From: Mobula hypostoma
Lineage: Eukaryota
Length of the DNA: 64,000 bases
Direction of reading: 5' to 3'
Assembly: GCF_963921235.1 (NCBI RefSeq)
Contig: NC_086097.1
Location: 29,514,001 to 29,578,000 of the forward strand
The position numbers were made by a program, and so were the translations under genes. Under the pieces are notes generated by a model. It was not told where the DNA came from, searched no databases, and saw only the letters and a list, made by a program, of their open reading frames with translations. Shown here in pieces: positions 1-12,816 of the stretch; within the stretch, counting starts at the first letter, position 1, and each line of letters opens with the position of its first letter.

Positions 1-59
1 TTGTGGAAGAGGTTATTAATTATTTCCACCAACCATTGGTTTTGAGTGAATCTGCTTAC

Positions 60-160
60 TTATAAACTGACATAGCAATGTTGTTGGTTTGCCCAGAACA
101 GCCCAATCATATCCTCATCAGCAAGTCCTTCAACAACTGATCTCTCTCCTGCTGAAACAT
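60..160 (-). other. Candidate internal (probably 5'UTR) exon
   Basis: tttgtccacag acceptor at 161-171 and TAA|gtaagc donor at 59; 101 nt with stop codons in at least two frames. Confidence 0.35.
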
Positions 161-2322
161 CTGTGGACAAATGTGTGACTATCAAAATTAAACAACATTG
201 ATCATTGAATAATCACCACCTAAACTCATCTGTCAAGTGTAAAATGAAGTCCAGGTGAGATGCAGTGTGAAGGATTTTGGTCACGTGTGCATCCAATTAC
301 TATTGCCCCCTCATTCCCAACCTCACCTGCAAATACCTAGTCCACAACCTCATAAGTTTCCTTAAATATCTGCAATTCCTTTGCTTCAAACCTTTAACAT
401 TTCCACTGATCTTGAAAGTTTCCAGTATTTTCTGCATTTACTCTAAACTTGCCTCACTTGTCCTAAAGACATTGAGGAATAGTGTCATATATTGTTAGGT
501 AGTATTTCTATGAAACATCAAGAAAAAAAACTTGCATCTTTTTAAACTCTCCATGATCACAGTATTTCAGAAGTAACTTTGAACCAATGAAATTTTCTGA
601 AACAGTAACTACTGGAAAACAAAATCTGGTTTTCTAAAATGAAAACTGATTCCTCTCCACATCCACATGAGCTAACACTAATATTCAGAAATAAATACTA
701 TGTATCAAGTGCTTCTGCAAAAGGAATTACTTTTATTTAGAATAACCACCACCAAACTCAATCAATTAGATAGCAACAAACTGAGAAAATATGGTAGGGT
801 TAGAAAACAAAAGAACTAAACAAAGTGTACCCAGCACATCAGAATATGGCCAATTGTCAAGCATATGCTGTCTGTCCTGCAGAGCTGATGTATGGTTAGA
901 ATGACAATAAAGTTTTTTGAATCTTAAATAAGCATCATTTTTCATCAAGGCAGAAAATGCACATTCAAATCACTTTCCATGCTGAGGACTTGATCACAGA
1001 AAAGGCACAACGAAGTTGGTGAATAAAATATTTCCAGGGCTCCTAATTCAAAGAAAAGCATTAGTGCTAAACAGTGATTCAGCTGGCAATAATACAAGTA
1101 TTAACTGCCAATTCCCAACTTCCTTCATGAACTACTACACTCCTCCAGGTGAAAGAGCTTCCAGAGAGATGGTTACATCATGTAAAATCTGTAACACAGA
1201 AGACCCATCAACCCATCTTATCCAGACCAGTGAAAAAAAACTACACAACCCAATCCAGACTTTGAACTTGCACTTGTGCTGGTCACAGTTCTTACAAGTA
1301 GTGTATATAAGATACAAGATATATAAATCAAATGTGGTGAATGTCAGACAGCAAGTACCTGACCCATCACTTTCAGTGCCTCAACAACCTTCTAATATCT
1401 CAATCAATTGCTCTGGATTACCAACAGAAAGCATCCTTTCCAGATGTGTCATGGCTTGATCTGGCAAGTGCTCTACACATGACTGCAAGAACCAACAGTT
1501 GCAGACACAGTTTGGCATGCCTGACCAAAACAGCCTGACCTCTGTGGACTATCCGCATTTTTCGCTACCTTGGTAAAGAAGCCAACATAATTAAAGACCT
1601 CATCCATCCTGGACATCCTCTTCTCTTTGCCCAATTAGGAAGATATAAAAACCTGCAAGTACGTACCCTTCTAGTACAATAAAATGGACTCAAACTCACA
1701 ATCTACCTCATTACGGCTTGCATCTTATTGTCTGCTGCACATCTTTATTTTGCATTTTGTTATTGTTTTTATCTTGTACTACCTCAATGCACTGATGGAA
1801 GCATGCAAAACAAAATTTTTCCATTGTATCTCAGTACATGTGACAATAGTAATGCATTTTATCAAATCTTCTCTGCACTCACTAGACGTTTTGGGTGGAG
1901 ACCTTTCTTTGGGACTGGAAAGAGACAGCCAATGGTGAGGTGGAACAAGAGTGGCTGGGTGATGGGTAAATCCAGGCAATGTAATCTGATAGAAAAGAAC
2001 AGTGGATCATTGAACAAAAGGATGCAAATGGACAGTGGAACTGGAAGGAAGAATGTGCGAGTGAAAAGCAGATTAACGGGGTGGGAGAGGAGAAACAAGT
2101 AGGGGGGCATTGGGATGAGAGAAAATTGGGGTGGGGGACAGAAAGAATGCAAGATGTTTTTCCTCTAATATTTTCTGCTAGTAAAGTGCAAAAGATGTGG
2201 TTTAACTACTATTGTACACAGACTGGCATTACCAGATTGAGTGCTTCAAGTTTTGACTGCAATCAGCCATCTGTATCTGCGCCAGTGAAAACTATGACTC
2301 AGCCTAATCCCATCTTCCAGTA

Positions 2323-4413
2323 CACTCAGACCCAGCATAACGCTACCCCGCAGAGTGTGCTGATTTGTTACAACACGGTTATTCAATTCTCTTTGGAAAT
2401 TTTTAAAAATGACAAAAATTCATCCAAAACAACTTAGGATTTCTCATGACCAGTTGCCATTAAACATTCGATCAGCCAGTGAGCTCTGAGCCACTCACAG
2501 CCGATCACTTATTAATTCATGTTCTTGCTCCCTAACCAATTTATTCTACTTTTCCACCCATGATGTCTGGAAAGTGGCCTGCAACTTCCAGTGAGGGTAG
2601 TACATCTAAGATGTCTAGGAAAAGCATTAGCATCAATGTGAAACTACAAGTGATACAGCATTTGGAAGCTGGTGAGCATCAGGTTGATGATGGTCCACTT
2701 TGAAATTGGGTACATCAACGATCAGAACAATTATAAAAAATGCTGACAAGATTAAAGCTTCTGCAACAACAACCTCAAAGTTACCATCAACAAACGTCAT
2801 TTGCTTGGAAAATAAAGGAAAATAAATATATGGGTGGATGATCAAACACAATGAAACATGCCCCAAGCCAGCTGATAATAATGGAAAAGACAAAAAGCAT
2901 CTTCAATCATATTCAAGAAACCAACCACTGCCAGCAGAGGTTGGTTTCACAGATTACTCTCCGTAGCATACCTATCTCTGATGAAGCAGCTAGCGCAGAC
3001 AGCAAGGCAGCCCAGGATTTTCCTGCAACACCGATGGCCATAATCATAAAGGACAATTATCCTCCCAGGCTTGTCTTCAATGTGGATGAAACGGGCCTAC
3101 TTTGGGAAAGAATGCCTTCTTGTACTTTCTACTCCCAAGAAGAGAAACATGCATCTAGGTTCAGGCTGCAAAGGACTAGTTAACTCTTTTGCTAATAGGC
3201 AATGCTAAAGGCAACTAAGGCTTTTCATTGTGTATTATTCTGAAACACCAAGAGCAATGAATGACATTTTAAATTCAGGTTTACCAGTGATTTGGAAATC
3301 AAACAAGAAAGCCTGGGTGACCACTGATGTTTTCCAAAATTAGTTTGTTTCACATTTTTGTCCAGTACTGAAGCGGTATTGAGGAGCATGACTTCGAATC
3401 TAAAGCAGTGATGGGGCTTGATAATGCCCCAGGCCATCCTGAGAATCTCGACACGCTTCAGACCTGCATTCCTGTAGATGTGGTTTACCTTCCACCCAAC
3501 ACCACTTCATTACTCCAACCAATGGATCAAGGAGTAATATCGAATTTTAAAGCCTTCTACCTTCACTGCACATTCAAGGAAATAAAAGGCCAAGGCAAAC
3601 AATCCATTAGGCAATTTCAGAAAAACTATATCATGAAAGCTGTAGACAGCATCAGAGTAGTCTGGGATGAAGAAACTTCGAACTGCATGAACCGAGTGTG
3701 GAAGAAGCTTGCAACGATATCCCAGGATTTCAAGCAGAACCAATCAACCAAAACATTGTTGAACTGGTCAATAAAGAGGGATTAGAGAATATTAATGATG
3801 ACGAAGTTGAAGAGTTACTGCATTCTCATATTGAGAGCCTTAATAACGAAGAGCTTCGGGTACTGTCAGGGCAACACATCCTGGGTGAATCTGAAGACAC
3901 GGATGGAAAAGAGGAAACATCAGCAAGAAACCTTACCACAAAATTCCTCAGCACTAGCATGACCACGATCACACAAATCATGGACCAGTTCATCACTAAT
4001 AACCCTGACTGGGAGCGAATCAATAAGGCAAACAGGTGTTCGTGACATGATATTCTGCTATCAAGAACTGCTTCATGAGAGGAAACTTAAGAAAAGGCCA
4101 TCAAATCTCGACGTCTACTTGACGAAGCCGCCAAAGTTAGAGGAGGACCCACAGCCCGGTCCCTCCACTACGATGTAAGCACCACCTGTTTCCCACCACT
4201 GATGTACAGGTTAGCCCTAGTTACTCCATGAATTACTATGTATACATAAAATAATAAATCATAACTCGGGCTTGACTTTTTTTAAAAAATCAGACACACA
4301 TATCAATTTACATAATGTTATATGACCTCGCACAGCATTGATTTACGTAGCGCTCCACCTCTGAAAAACCCATCCTCAGTGTCTGAGTATCAGTACTAAG
4401 CAGGGTCTGAGTG
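2323..4413 (+). mobile_element. Tigger/pogo (Tc1-mariner superfamily) DNA transposon, decayed, both TIRs present
   Basis: TA-CACTCAGACCC at 2321 and GGGTCTGAGTG-TA ending 4415; CENP-B-like HTH start (RKSISINVKLQVIQHLEAG) near 2560; DDE motifs FNVDETGL, DNAPGHP, PPNTTSLLQPMDQGVISNFKAFY; many frameshifts. Confidence 0.92.
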
Positions 4414-4959
4414 TATTAAAATCATAGTCTGCAGGTACTGCTTCAATACCATGGTGCTTCATTCCCTTTCAGGTAGAGTGTTCCAGATCCCCATAGGCCT
4501 TAGTATTTCTCCCCTCACCCCCACACCATGACTATTAACCCCAGCCCCATGAAAACTACCCTTACTGTGTGAAACCTTATCAAGTTTTTCAAAATATACA
4601 TCTACTGCTCCTGCCTATCTATTCCATAAGTCAGATAATTCCTCAAAAATTGGACTTCCCTTCCCAAAATAGGCCGAGGTGAGTTATAAACCCCCTCCCA
4701 CAAAATAAGAACTCAACAACCCCCACCTAAAGCAGAAGCCTACACCGCTGGCTTCCCAAAATTCAAGTTGGAGTCAACTGCAGCACATCCATACTCCCAA
4801 ACTGAAGTTCGGGACTGCCATTCACTTTCCCTCCTCCCACCCTCCCCTCAAACCAAGCCTAAGTGGTCCCTCCTCCTCAGTAGGACCTCGGGGGGAATCT
4901 CCACCTACCTCCCCTCCCCATACTGGGAACCTCTTTCCCAAATAATCTCACTTCTCCAG

Positions 4960-5830
4960 CTCCATCTCTCCCCTGCCCCCACCCCGGCGTTGTTCCGTGA
5001 CTTGCCCCGTCCCTGTGGTGGGAAAACGGAGGGTAGAGGCGGCACTTCCCACGATTAGCACCCCTCCCCTCCTGTAACCAGCCCGAGCCGCTAGGCCCCG
5101 GCCGACCTTGGCCTTGGCCCAGTCAGGGAGACCAAGCCACGCCACCGCGCCCCGCCCCCCCCCCCACACCGGCCTGAAGGAAAACAAAACTTAACACATC
5201 TGGAAATGACGACCCCCCCCCACCCCCGGGGGCTCGCCATGCAAGCCCGAAACATAAAATCGATCGCGCTATCTTTTTGGAGGGAGGCGAAGATTTACTT
5301 CAGCAACGTGCGCGGCCCGGCGCCGCTGAATGGCGATCGGTGGCGCGCGGTCGGGCTCCCGCCAACCCTCCCCCTCCCCCTCCCCCTCCCCCTCCCGCCC
5401 GCCGGCCGGCGCCGCGGTTCCCCCACCCGCCGGGCGCTTACCCCCGGGCTGCAGCGAAGCATTGAGCGCGGCGTGGCTCTGCGAGGGGGAGGGGACAAGG
5501 ATGGCGACGGTGACCACTTCCCGAGCCCGCGCTCGCTCGCCCTCTCTCCACTATCCGCCAACCTTGAGGTACACCGGCGTGGGTAGTCGGTGCAGCGCGC
5601 CAGTCGCGCTCCGCCGCCGCTGTAGCTCTCCGTGTCTTCGCACTCGCGCTTCACCTGGTCAGGCCCTGCCGCTGCGCGCGCACTCGCCCCGCCTCCCTTG
5701 ACCCCGTGCGGCCGCCTGCCATTGGAGAAGGGCGTAAACAGCGGTGGACCAGGTCCAATCAGCCGGCGCGTCACGGCGGGCCCCTGTTCGGGCTGGACTA
5801 ACGCGGGGATAGGCCGTATTCAGAAGCTGC
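4960..5830 (-). promoter_or_regulatory. CpG island promoter of the next minus-strand gene (probably DICER1)
   Basis: Very high GC and CpG density in a CpG-depleted window; CCAAT boxes at 5721-5725 (-) and 5755-5759 (+); GC box near 5687-5694; NRF1-like TGCGCGCGCA near 5673-5682. Confidence 0.85.
5563..5680 (-). other. Candidate non-coding first exon (DICER1-like 5'UTR); 5' end approximate
   Basis: Directly below the promoter motifs; ends at CTCAAG|gttggc donor (GT at 5562-5561); gene identity from remembered CLMN-DICER1 synteny only. Confidence 0.45.
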
Positions 5831-7186
5831 CATCTTCGACGTGACCTTTCAACCCTGTCCTGGCGCAGGGTCTCGGCCCGAGGCGTCGATATTTTATTCC
5901 TTTCCATGAACGCTTTCTGACCTGCTGAGTTCCTCATGCATTGAGTGTGTGTTACTCTGGATTTCCAGCATCTTGTTTACCTTTCAACCTGTTCTCCGCC
6001 CAGTGGAAACACAAGGAGGCTGCGGCAGATCCCACGCAACGCACACAGAATGCTAGAGGAACTCAGTAGGGCAGGCAACATCTATGGAAATAAATAGTTA
6101 GTCGACGTTTCGAGCCCAGACCCTCTGGTACAGAGTGTTGTTTCTCTGTATCATTGGCTTTGGTGATTTTACCCCTCCAGACACTGCCTGACTGATTTCC
6201 TCCCAGCCGCTTGCTTTTGGCTCCAGATTCCAACATCCACAGCCTCTTACGTCCCGTCGTTATTATTTCAGGATTCAGATTCATTGATTTATCGCATGTA
6301 CATCGAAGTATACAGTGAAATGCGTTGTTTGTGTTAACAACTAACACACCCAAGGATGTACTGGGGACAGCCCACGAGTGTCACCACACCGCCAACACAG
6401 CATGCCCACGATGTTCAGCAGAACAACAAAACAGAACAAAGCAAGCAAGCACCAAAACAACAAGAGCAGTACAAGCCCCTTTCCTCCCTCCCTCCCACTC
6501 ACACACACACCTCTAATCCCAGAACAGGCCATTTTCACCCTCCTGCGAACTCATGGATTTACAGGTATTGGTCCTTCAGCTTCCCGAGCGGACTCGCAGA
6601 CTTGACGCTCGTGTTCTCAGTATATTTTAGTTGCACAGTTTGTTTTTTTTTACATATTGGTTGTTTGTCTGTCTTTGTTTATGTATTGTTTTTTTCTTTG
6701 CAAATCCTATTGTATATCTGTGTTTTTTTCCTGTCATGCCTGGATGTAGAACCTGACCCTTACCATCCATCTCCTGCAGAGTCTGTATTTTGCAGGCTGT
6801 GAGAATGTTCAGCAGGAGTGAACTCGGAAACATGAAGTTTTATCTGTTTACGACGTACTTATCCATAAGGAATTCACAACTCGCCAGGTTCAGAGTTCAA
6901 AGCAAATTTATCAAAGTTACTACATACCACTTCGATATTAATTTCCTTGCAGGCATTTACAGAAGAACTATAATAGAATTTATGAAAAACTATATATAAA
7001 CAAAAACAACTAATGTGCAAAAGACGTACTGTGCAAATAGAAAATAATTCCAAGAACTTGAAAATTCAAAGTTCAAAGTAAACTTACCATCAAATACATA
7101 CATGTTTCCAAACACTGCCCTGAGATTCATTTTTTTGCAGATATTCGCAGCAGAACAGAAAAAGCAATAATGCAATGGAGCCAATA

Positions 7187-7415
7187 GGCACCACGGTAGC
7201 GTAGCGGTTAGCACAGCGCTATTACCGGTCGCGCGTTCCGAGTTCAGAGATCAATTCCGGCACCGTTCTCTCCTTACGTCGTCTCCGTGGAATGTGGGGG
7301 TTTCCGGTCACAGTCCAAAGACCTGGATTAATCAGTCACTGTAAAATTTAGGGTTAGATCGGGTTTGTTAGGGGTTGCTGGGCGGTGAGAGTCGAAGGGC
7401 ATACTCCGCTCTGTA
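7187..7415 (+). mobile_element. tRNA-derived SINE (V-SINE-like), diverged
   Basis: A-box-like GGTAGCGTAGCGGTTAG, B-box-like region, degraded V-domain (gtttccggtcacagtccaaagac). Confidence 0.7.
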
Positions 7416-8162
7416 TTAATTAGTTAATTTAGATATCTAGATTAGTTAGATACATGAAATTACACACAACCGGTGCAAAATCAGTCAAATTATGCAAACT
7501 AAAACATAAATAAGTAGATGATGCTGAGAACACGAATTGTAGAGTCCTTAAAAATAGGTTGTGGAATCAGTTCAGAGCTTAGGTGAGTGAAGTTATCCAT
7601 CCCAGCTCAAGAGCCTGGTGCTTGGAGAGTAATAACTGTTCCTGAAACTGGTAGTGTGGGACCAAAGGCTCCTGTACCTCCTGCCCGATGGCAGCAGCAA
7701 GACGAGAGCATGGCCAGGATGCCTACTGATCAATGTGCTTCCATTACGCCGGAGGGTAAAGGGTGACCATCTGACAGTGGGGATAACTCAGATGTCTTCA
7801 TATTGAATTGATCCCTGAATGTTCCTCATCATCATAAACAGAAGAAATTCTGCAGATGCAGGAAATCTAGAGTAACACAAAATGCTGGAGGTATTCAACA
7901 GGTCAGGAAGCAGACCGGGGTTTAAAGTTAAAGGAGTTTCCAGCTTCTTCCCCCAGTTCTGATGAAGGGTCTCAGATTGGGACATCGACTGTTCATTCCT
8001 CTCCACTGATGCTGCCCTACCTGCTGAGTTCCTCATTGTCTTGGAATGCCCAGGCAGGCACTGTGTCCACAATTTCTCTGAGACTGTGTCCTAGCATCTT
8101 TAACCAGTGGAGATGAGGTCAAATATTAAAAACGCACAAAAGAAAAACGGAGTTTAAAGATT

Positions 8163-8168
8163 TTTATT
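8163..8168 (-). terminator. Candidate polyadenylation signal AATAAA
   Basis: tttatt on plus strand; A-rich plus-strand tract at about 8137-8148 is a U-rich downstream element on minus. Confidence 0.5.
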
Positions 8169-11085
8169 AAACAGTTTGAACAAAATTCTATTCACATAAA
8201 CTAATTTTCTTTACAGAATATTCCAAAAATGTACATCATCTCATGGAAATATTATCAATATTTGTGTGAAAATATTTGATTTTGAGATTCATCATATAAT
8301 TTTACTAATAACATCGAGTTGAAAGACTGCCAAGTCAACCAGCTTCTATCAAGAACTATAAATGATGGATGTCTCTAGATTTCTGAGTCAGAAAGCACAC
8401 CCTGTGGAGGGCCAGCCTCTGGGCCACACTATCCCTTCTGTCGAGGAATGTACAACTGACCCCTACAGGACGATGGTACGAGACAGCCACTTCCTTTATT
8501 AGTTTTTTAACCCAAACAGCTGAGCAAGTCAGAGGTCTGGACAACAGGGGAGAAATTAGCCTGGACGGCACAGCCCTCAGAATATGCTCGCCTTGAGGTG
8601 ACTGCAAAAACAAAAGGAAATAAATCAGACAGTGACTCTACCAGCCAGGCTGTGGTGAAAAGATTGCCAAAAGTCCCACACTAAACATGATGCCCTGATT
8701 GAGAAATCGTTTCTTTGTTTGACGTGCCAAGAGAACGTTCTTAGCTGAAAGTTCCGGAGACCCCAGAGTCATTCCATAGATGACAGACCCACTCAGTAAC
8801 TGGTTTCTTGCTCACCCGAGATTAATTGAAGCCTACTCTGGAATCATCCCCTGACCTACAGGCACTTCCAGGAATTTTCAGAGTTCTTCCCAGCAAGACC
8901 AGATAAAACTCCATGTCCAAGTACAATTTAGCAACTTTAACCACAAACCACCCTTAACCCAACAGAACTGGAAAGCAGCCATGACACCAAAGCTTTCATG
9001 ACATTATGTTTGGTCCACTAAAAATAGATTAAATTCATCTCATTGGATTTAAAAATCAAACATGGAGCACTTGATACTGTACCTGCCAGTACTCTTAATA
9101 CATTAGCTATAGAACTCAGCAGTGTCTGTTCGAGCCTCAAATATCTGTAACACTGCCATGAGCCTCCAGTATCCACCTGCAGACCAGTACCAGAGGAACT
9201 CAGCGGGTTAGGCAGCATCTGTGAAGGGATACAGACAGTCGATGTTTCAGGCTGAGACCCATCAAGGGTTCTGAAATGGAAACAGTCCCCCTCTCCGTAT
9301 CGATGCTGCCTGATCTACTGAGTCCCTCCAGTGCTCTGAGTGCTTGCAGTGACGGAAGAGGGAAACAGGAGCAAGGAGAGTGGCCACCAGCCATCCTCAC
9401 TGACTTTGCGAGCGACTTCACAGGAAGGATGTGGAAGCTTTAGAGAGGGTGCAGACGAGATTTTAAACACAAGAGATTCTGCAGGGCATGATGTGCTATA
9501 CTCATTCTCGAAGCTGCTGATTGGTCAAGATAACTGGTAGTCATGGAACATCTCTAGTAACCCATGAATGTTACAGAATGGCACTGTTCCTTCAGGCAGA
9601 GACTGTACATATCCTGTTGGGAATACCCTGCCCCTAACCAGATCCAACATCGATAAGGCTGACAGGAAGACAAGAGATTCTGAAGGTGTAGGAAATCCAG
9701 AGTAACACACACAAAATGCAGGGGGAATAGAGTTGATGTTTTGGACCGAGATCCTTCATCAGGATGTGACAGCAAGTGAGGGAGGTGGTGTGTGGGTGGG
9801 AGGGTGGGGTCACAGCTTAGGAATGTGCCTGTCAGTGAAGCAGGCACAGACCTTTAAGCACACGATGGTGTTACACAGGACTTGCGGTAATTTTAGAGAA
9901 AAGGTTTATAAATCTTACAGGGCACATCCTGGGTACAAGATGTAACCTTCGTAAAAGACCCTGCCACCCGGCTCGAACTATCTACACGTTTTGAAAATAA
10001 CTTCGGTTCCCTTACTGCTGCTTAACAGGAAAAATCCAATAGATATAGAGGATGTCTCCACTGTGTGGGGAGGAAGAGGTTAAAAACAAACTTACGCTCA
10101 CAAGGTAACAGTAAGACTGCTTCAGTAGTAAAATCAGATCTGTCTCAGGCTGCACAAACACAGACGCACAGGCATAAAATGCCATTCAGAAGTACTTGTA
10201 CATTAGCTACACGAACAGCAAAGGCCCAGCCTCTACTTCCTGCAGCAGTCTGACGTATCATTTTAAGTATTGTTACCATCAACTGGATGAAAGAGGAAAA
10301 GATTGCACCAAGGAAAAGCTAAACCAAAAACCCAAGAGATTCTGTAGTTGCTGGAAATCCAGAGCAACACCCATAAGATGCTGGAGGAACTCAGCAGGTC
10401 AGGCAGCTTCTATGGAGGGGAATAAACAGTCATTGTTTCGGGCCGAGACTCTTTGGTGACTCCACGGATGCTGCCTGACCTGCTGAGATGCTCTGGCACT
10501 TTGTGCATGTTGCAAAAGTGACACTAAACTGAAGCGAGCCTTGTCCTTAGATTTCATCAGTGTCATTACATACACATTTATCGAAGGCGGACACCCACTG
10601 GCAAATAAGTAACCAATGATGGATAGGTTATGAATATTAGAGAGAAGGAAAGAGATCCTGGATTTAAGTATTCTGCAGGCTTTAGTCATTATATTATTAA
10701 TTTACCACCAGGGTTCAGACAATTGTCCACTATGGAGTCTTATCTTTATATTTTGTGTTTTTCAGCAAGAGATGGAGGAGTTGGAACAGCAATATAAGAT
10801 TGTCATAATCTGGATCAGCTGCTATTTTTCTTTAATTTAAAGGCTTCTAGAGACACTGGAAATCTGGAGTAACACACACACACACAGATAAATGCTGGAG
10901 GAGCTCAGGAGGTCAGACAACATCCATGAAGAGGAATAAACAGTTGATGTTTTTGGCCAGTACCCTTCACGAGGACTTAGTTTAATTAATTGCCTTTTGC
11001 ACTCGATCAGATTGCACTGTTATCTTCTGGCTTCCTGAACCTGGTGGTATAGGATACCATACCAGCTTTCTCCACCCTTCCTTTC

Positions 11086-11123
11086 CAGTCCTGATGAAGG
11101 AACTTGACCTGAAACATCAACTA
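11086..11123 (+). ncRNA. Minimal type I hammerhead ribozyme motif in a Penelope pLTR fragment
   Basis: CAGTC-CTGATGA-AGG...CCT-GAAA-CATC-AACTA; core intact, stems imperfect. Confidence 0.6.
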
Positions 11124-12006
11124 TTTATTCCTCTCCATGGATGCTCCTTGACCCATTGAGTTCCTCCAGCATTTTGTGTGTAATACTAAAGGTTTTATCA
11201 CAGAAGGATTGAAGGCCAGTTTTGTGGGGAAACCAAGGTGGATCATCTCAGAAGCCACAGGAATCAGAATCACAGAGTTATGCTTATTGCACAGAATACT
11301 AGGTAGATGCACAAATGTGTGCACCCAGCCGTGATAGGTGGAAAATGGACGTGGATGACTGGTATCCCTGTTCTCCAGGCATTTTCTATGAGAAGTTCAG
11401 AATCCAGAACATTCCCATCTGACTAACTACTCTGCCCAAATCTTCAATCTTGGTTTTGTTACCCTTGGCCACATGTATCAGCTTTTCACATCCCTGCACT
11501 TTCTTTTCAGTTTTGGCATTTACTTCCCACATTGTAGCTTATTAATGACGTACCAGGCAGAAAAGTAAAATAATTTAGAAAAAGATCACTTCACGTACAA
11601 GAAAACTGTCACTTTCCTTCTCTTACCCAACTGACACAAGGTCTCCACTTACTCCAAACCTCTTGTGCACATGCGGTTATGTACAACCGTGGGTTTGTTA
11701 TCCAATTGTCTGGTTTCTTTGAAGATAGGCATGGGGATTTATTAATAACCAGACCTGATCTGACCATTCTCACGAATCTACCCTTTCATGTTTTATGGAA
11801 AGAAAATAGTTTCTCAAATTTCACCCAGTGGCTACAATTATAAAGATTAGCCATTTATCTTTGTTAAGAGCATTGGAAGAATGGGATTTCACTACGGAAT
11901 ATGGGCTGCCATTCCAGAATAGTTTTTAAAATTTTCCACTAAGATAAAACCGAACAATGCAAAACAAGTCAGCTATGAGCAGAGCAGACTGGATTGTCTG
12001 GTAACA

Positions 12007-12211
12007 TTAACTGGATGCAAAGAGCCCCAGCCTCTCCAGGTCGAGGTGCAGAAGAATGATCATCCAGTACACGGCCATCCAAAGCAGAACGATCAGGTAC
12101 AGAAGATGAGGATGTGCAGTCAAATCTAAAGGTGTCTCCTCACAGCTTTCGATGGAGGCTTCTCGACTGGCAAATGTCAATGCAATTGGATTGCAAGACT
12201 CTAGGGCTGAC
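12007..12211 (-). CDS. CLMN: Calmin last coding exon with C-terminal transmembrane segment
   Basis: cttttattcttgctgaactacag acceptor, phase 2; ...HPHLLYLIVLLWMAVYWMIILLHLDLERLGLFASS*; hydrophobic tail anchor as in calmin; TAA at 12007-12009. Confidence 0.88.
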
Positions 12212-12319
12212 CTGTAGTTCAGCAAGAATAAAAGGAGAGGATAAGTAAGGGCTGAAGTTCCAGTCGCACTGAGTGCGAAAAAATACAGCAGTACCGGGCA
12301 AGGTGTCATAGTACATACA

Positions 12320-12816
12320 CACTCAGTGGCTACTTTATTAGGTACACCTGTAAACCTGCTTGTTAATGCAAATACCTAATCAGCAAGTCACGTGGCAGCT
12401 CTCAATGCATGCAGGCATGGTCAGATGTTCAGTTGTAGTTCAGGCCAAACACCAGAATGGGGAAGAACTGTGATCTAAGTGACTTTGACTGTGGAATGAC
12501 TGTTGGTGCCAGACGGGGTGGTTTGAGTATCTCAGAAACCCGCTGATCTCCCGGGATTTTCACACACGACAGTCTTTGGTTTACAGAGAATGGTGTGAGA
12601 AACAGAAAAAAACAAGTGGGCAGCAGTTATATGGACAAAAGCAGCTTATTTCTGAGAATGGCGAGGCTAATTCAAGCTGACAGGAAGGCGACAGTAACTC
12701 AAGTAACCTTACTTTTACAACAGTGGTGTGCAAAGCATCTCTGAACACAACGCGTCGAAACTTAAAGTGGATGGGCTACCACAGCAGATGACCATGGACA
12801 GAAAGTGGCCACTGAA
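12320..12816 (+). mobile_element. Tc1-like internally deleted DNA transposon
   Basis: TIRs CACTCAGTGGCTACTTT / AAAGTGGCCACTGAAT; N-terminal HTH remnant DLSDFDCGMTVGARRGGLSISET; related fragment at about 61955-62150. Confidence 0.8.

Larger units (their letters stand above)
8150..12006 (-). other. CLMN: Putative CLMN 3'UTR
   Basis: Follows the stop codon; ends at an AATAAA with downstream U-rich tract on the minus strand; extent is inferred. Confidence 0.45.

Noticed and set aside
1016..1459. 147-aa plus-strand ORF
   Set aside because: Non-ATG start, no recognisable motif or splice context; probably chance.
2560..4177. Domesticated TIGD-like gene
   Set aside because: Multiple frameshifts and stops with TIRs retained; a decayed transposon.
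5206..5937. Several overlapping 80-160 aa ORFs
   Set aside because: Expected from stop-codon scarcity in a CpG island; Pro/Arg/Gly-rich with no recognisable domain.
7187..7265. tRNA gene
   Set aside because: A/B-box-like head only, fused to SINE body sequence; no complete cloverleaf.
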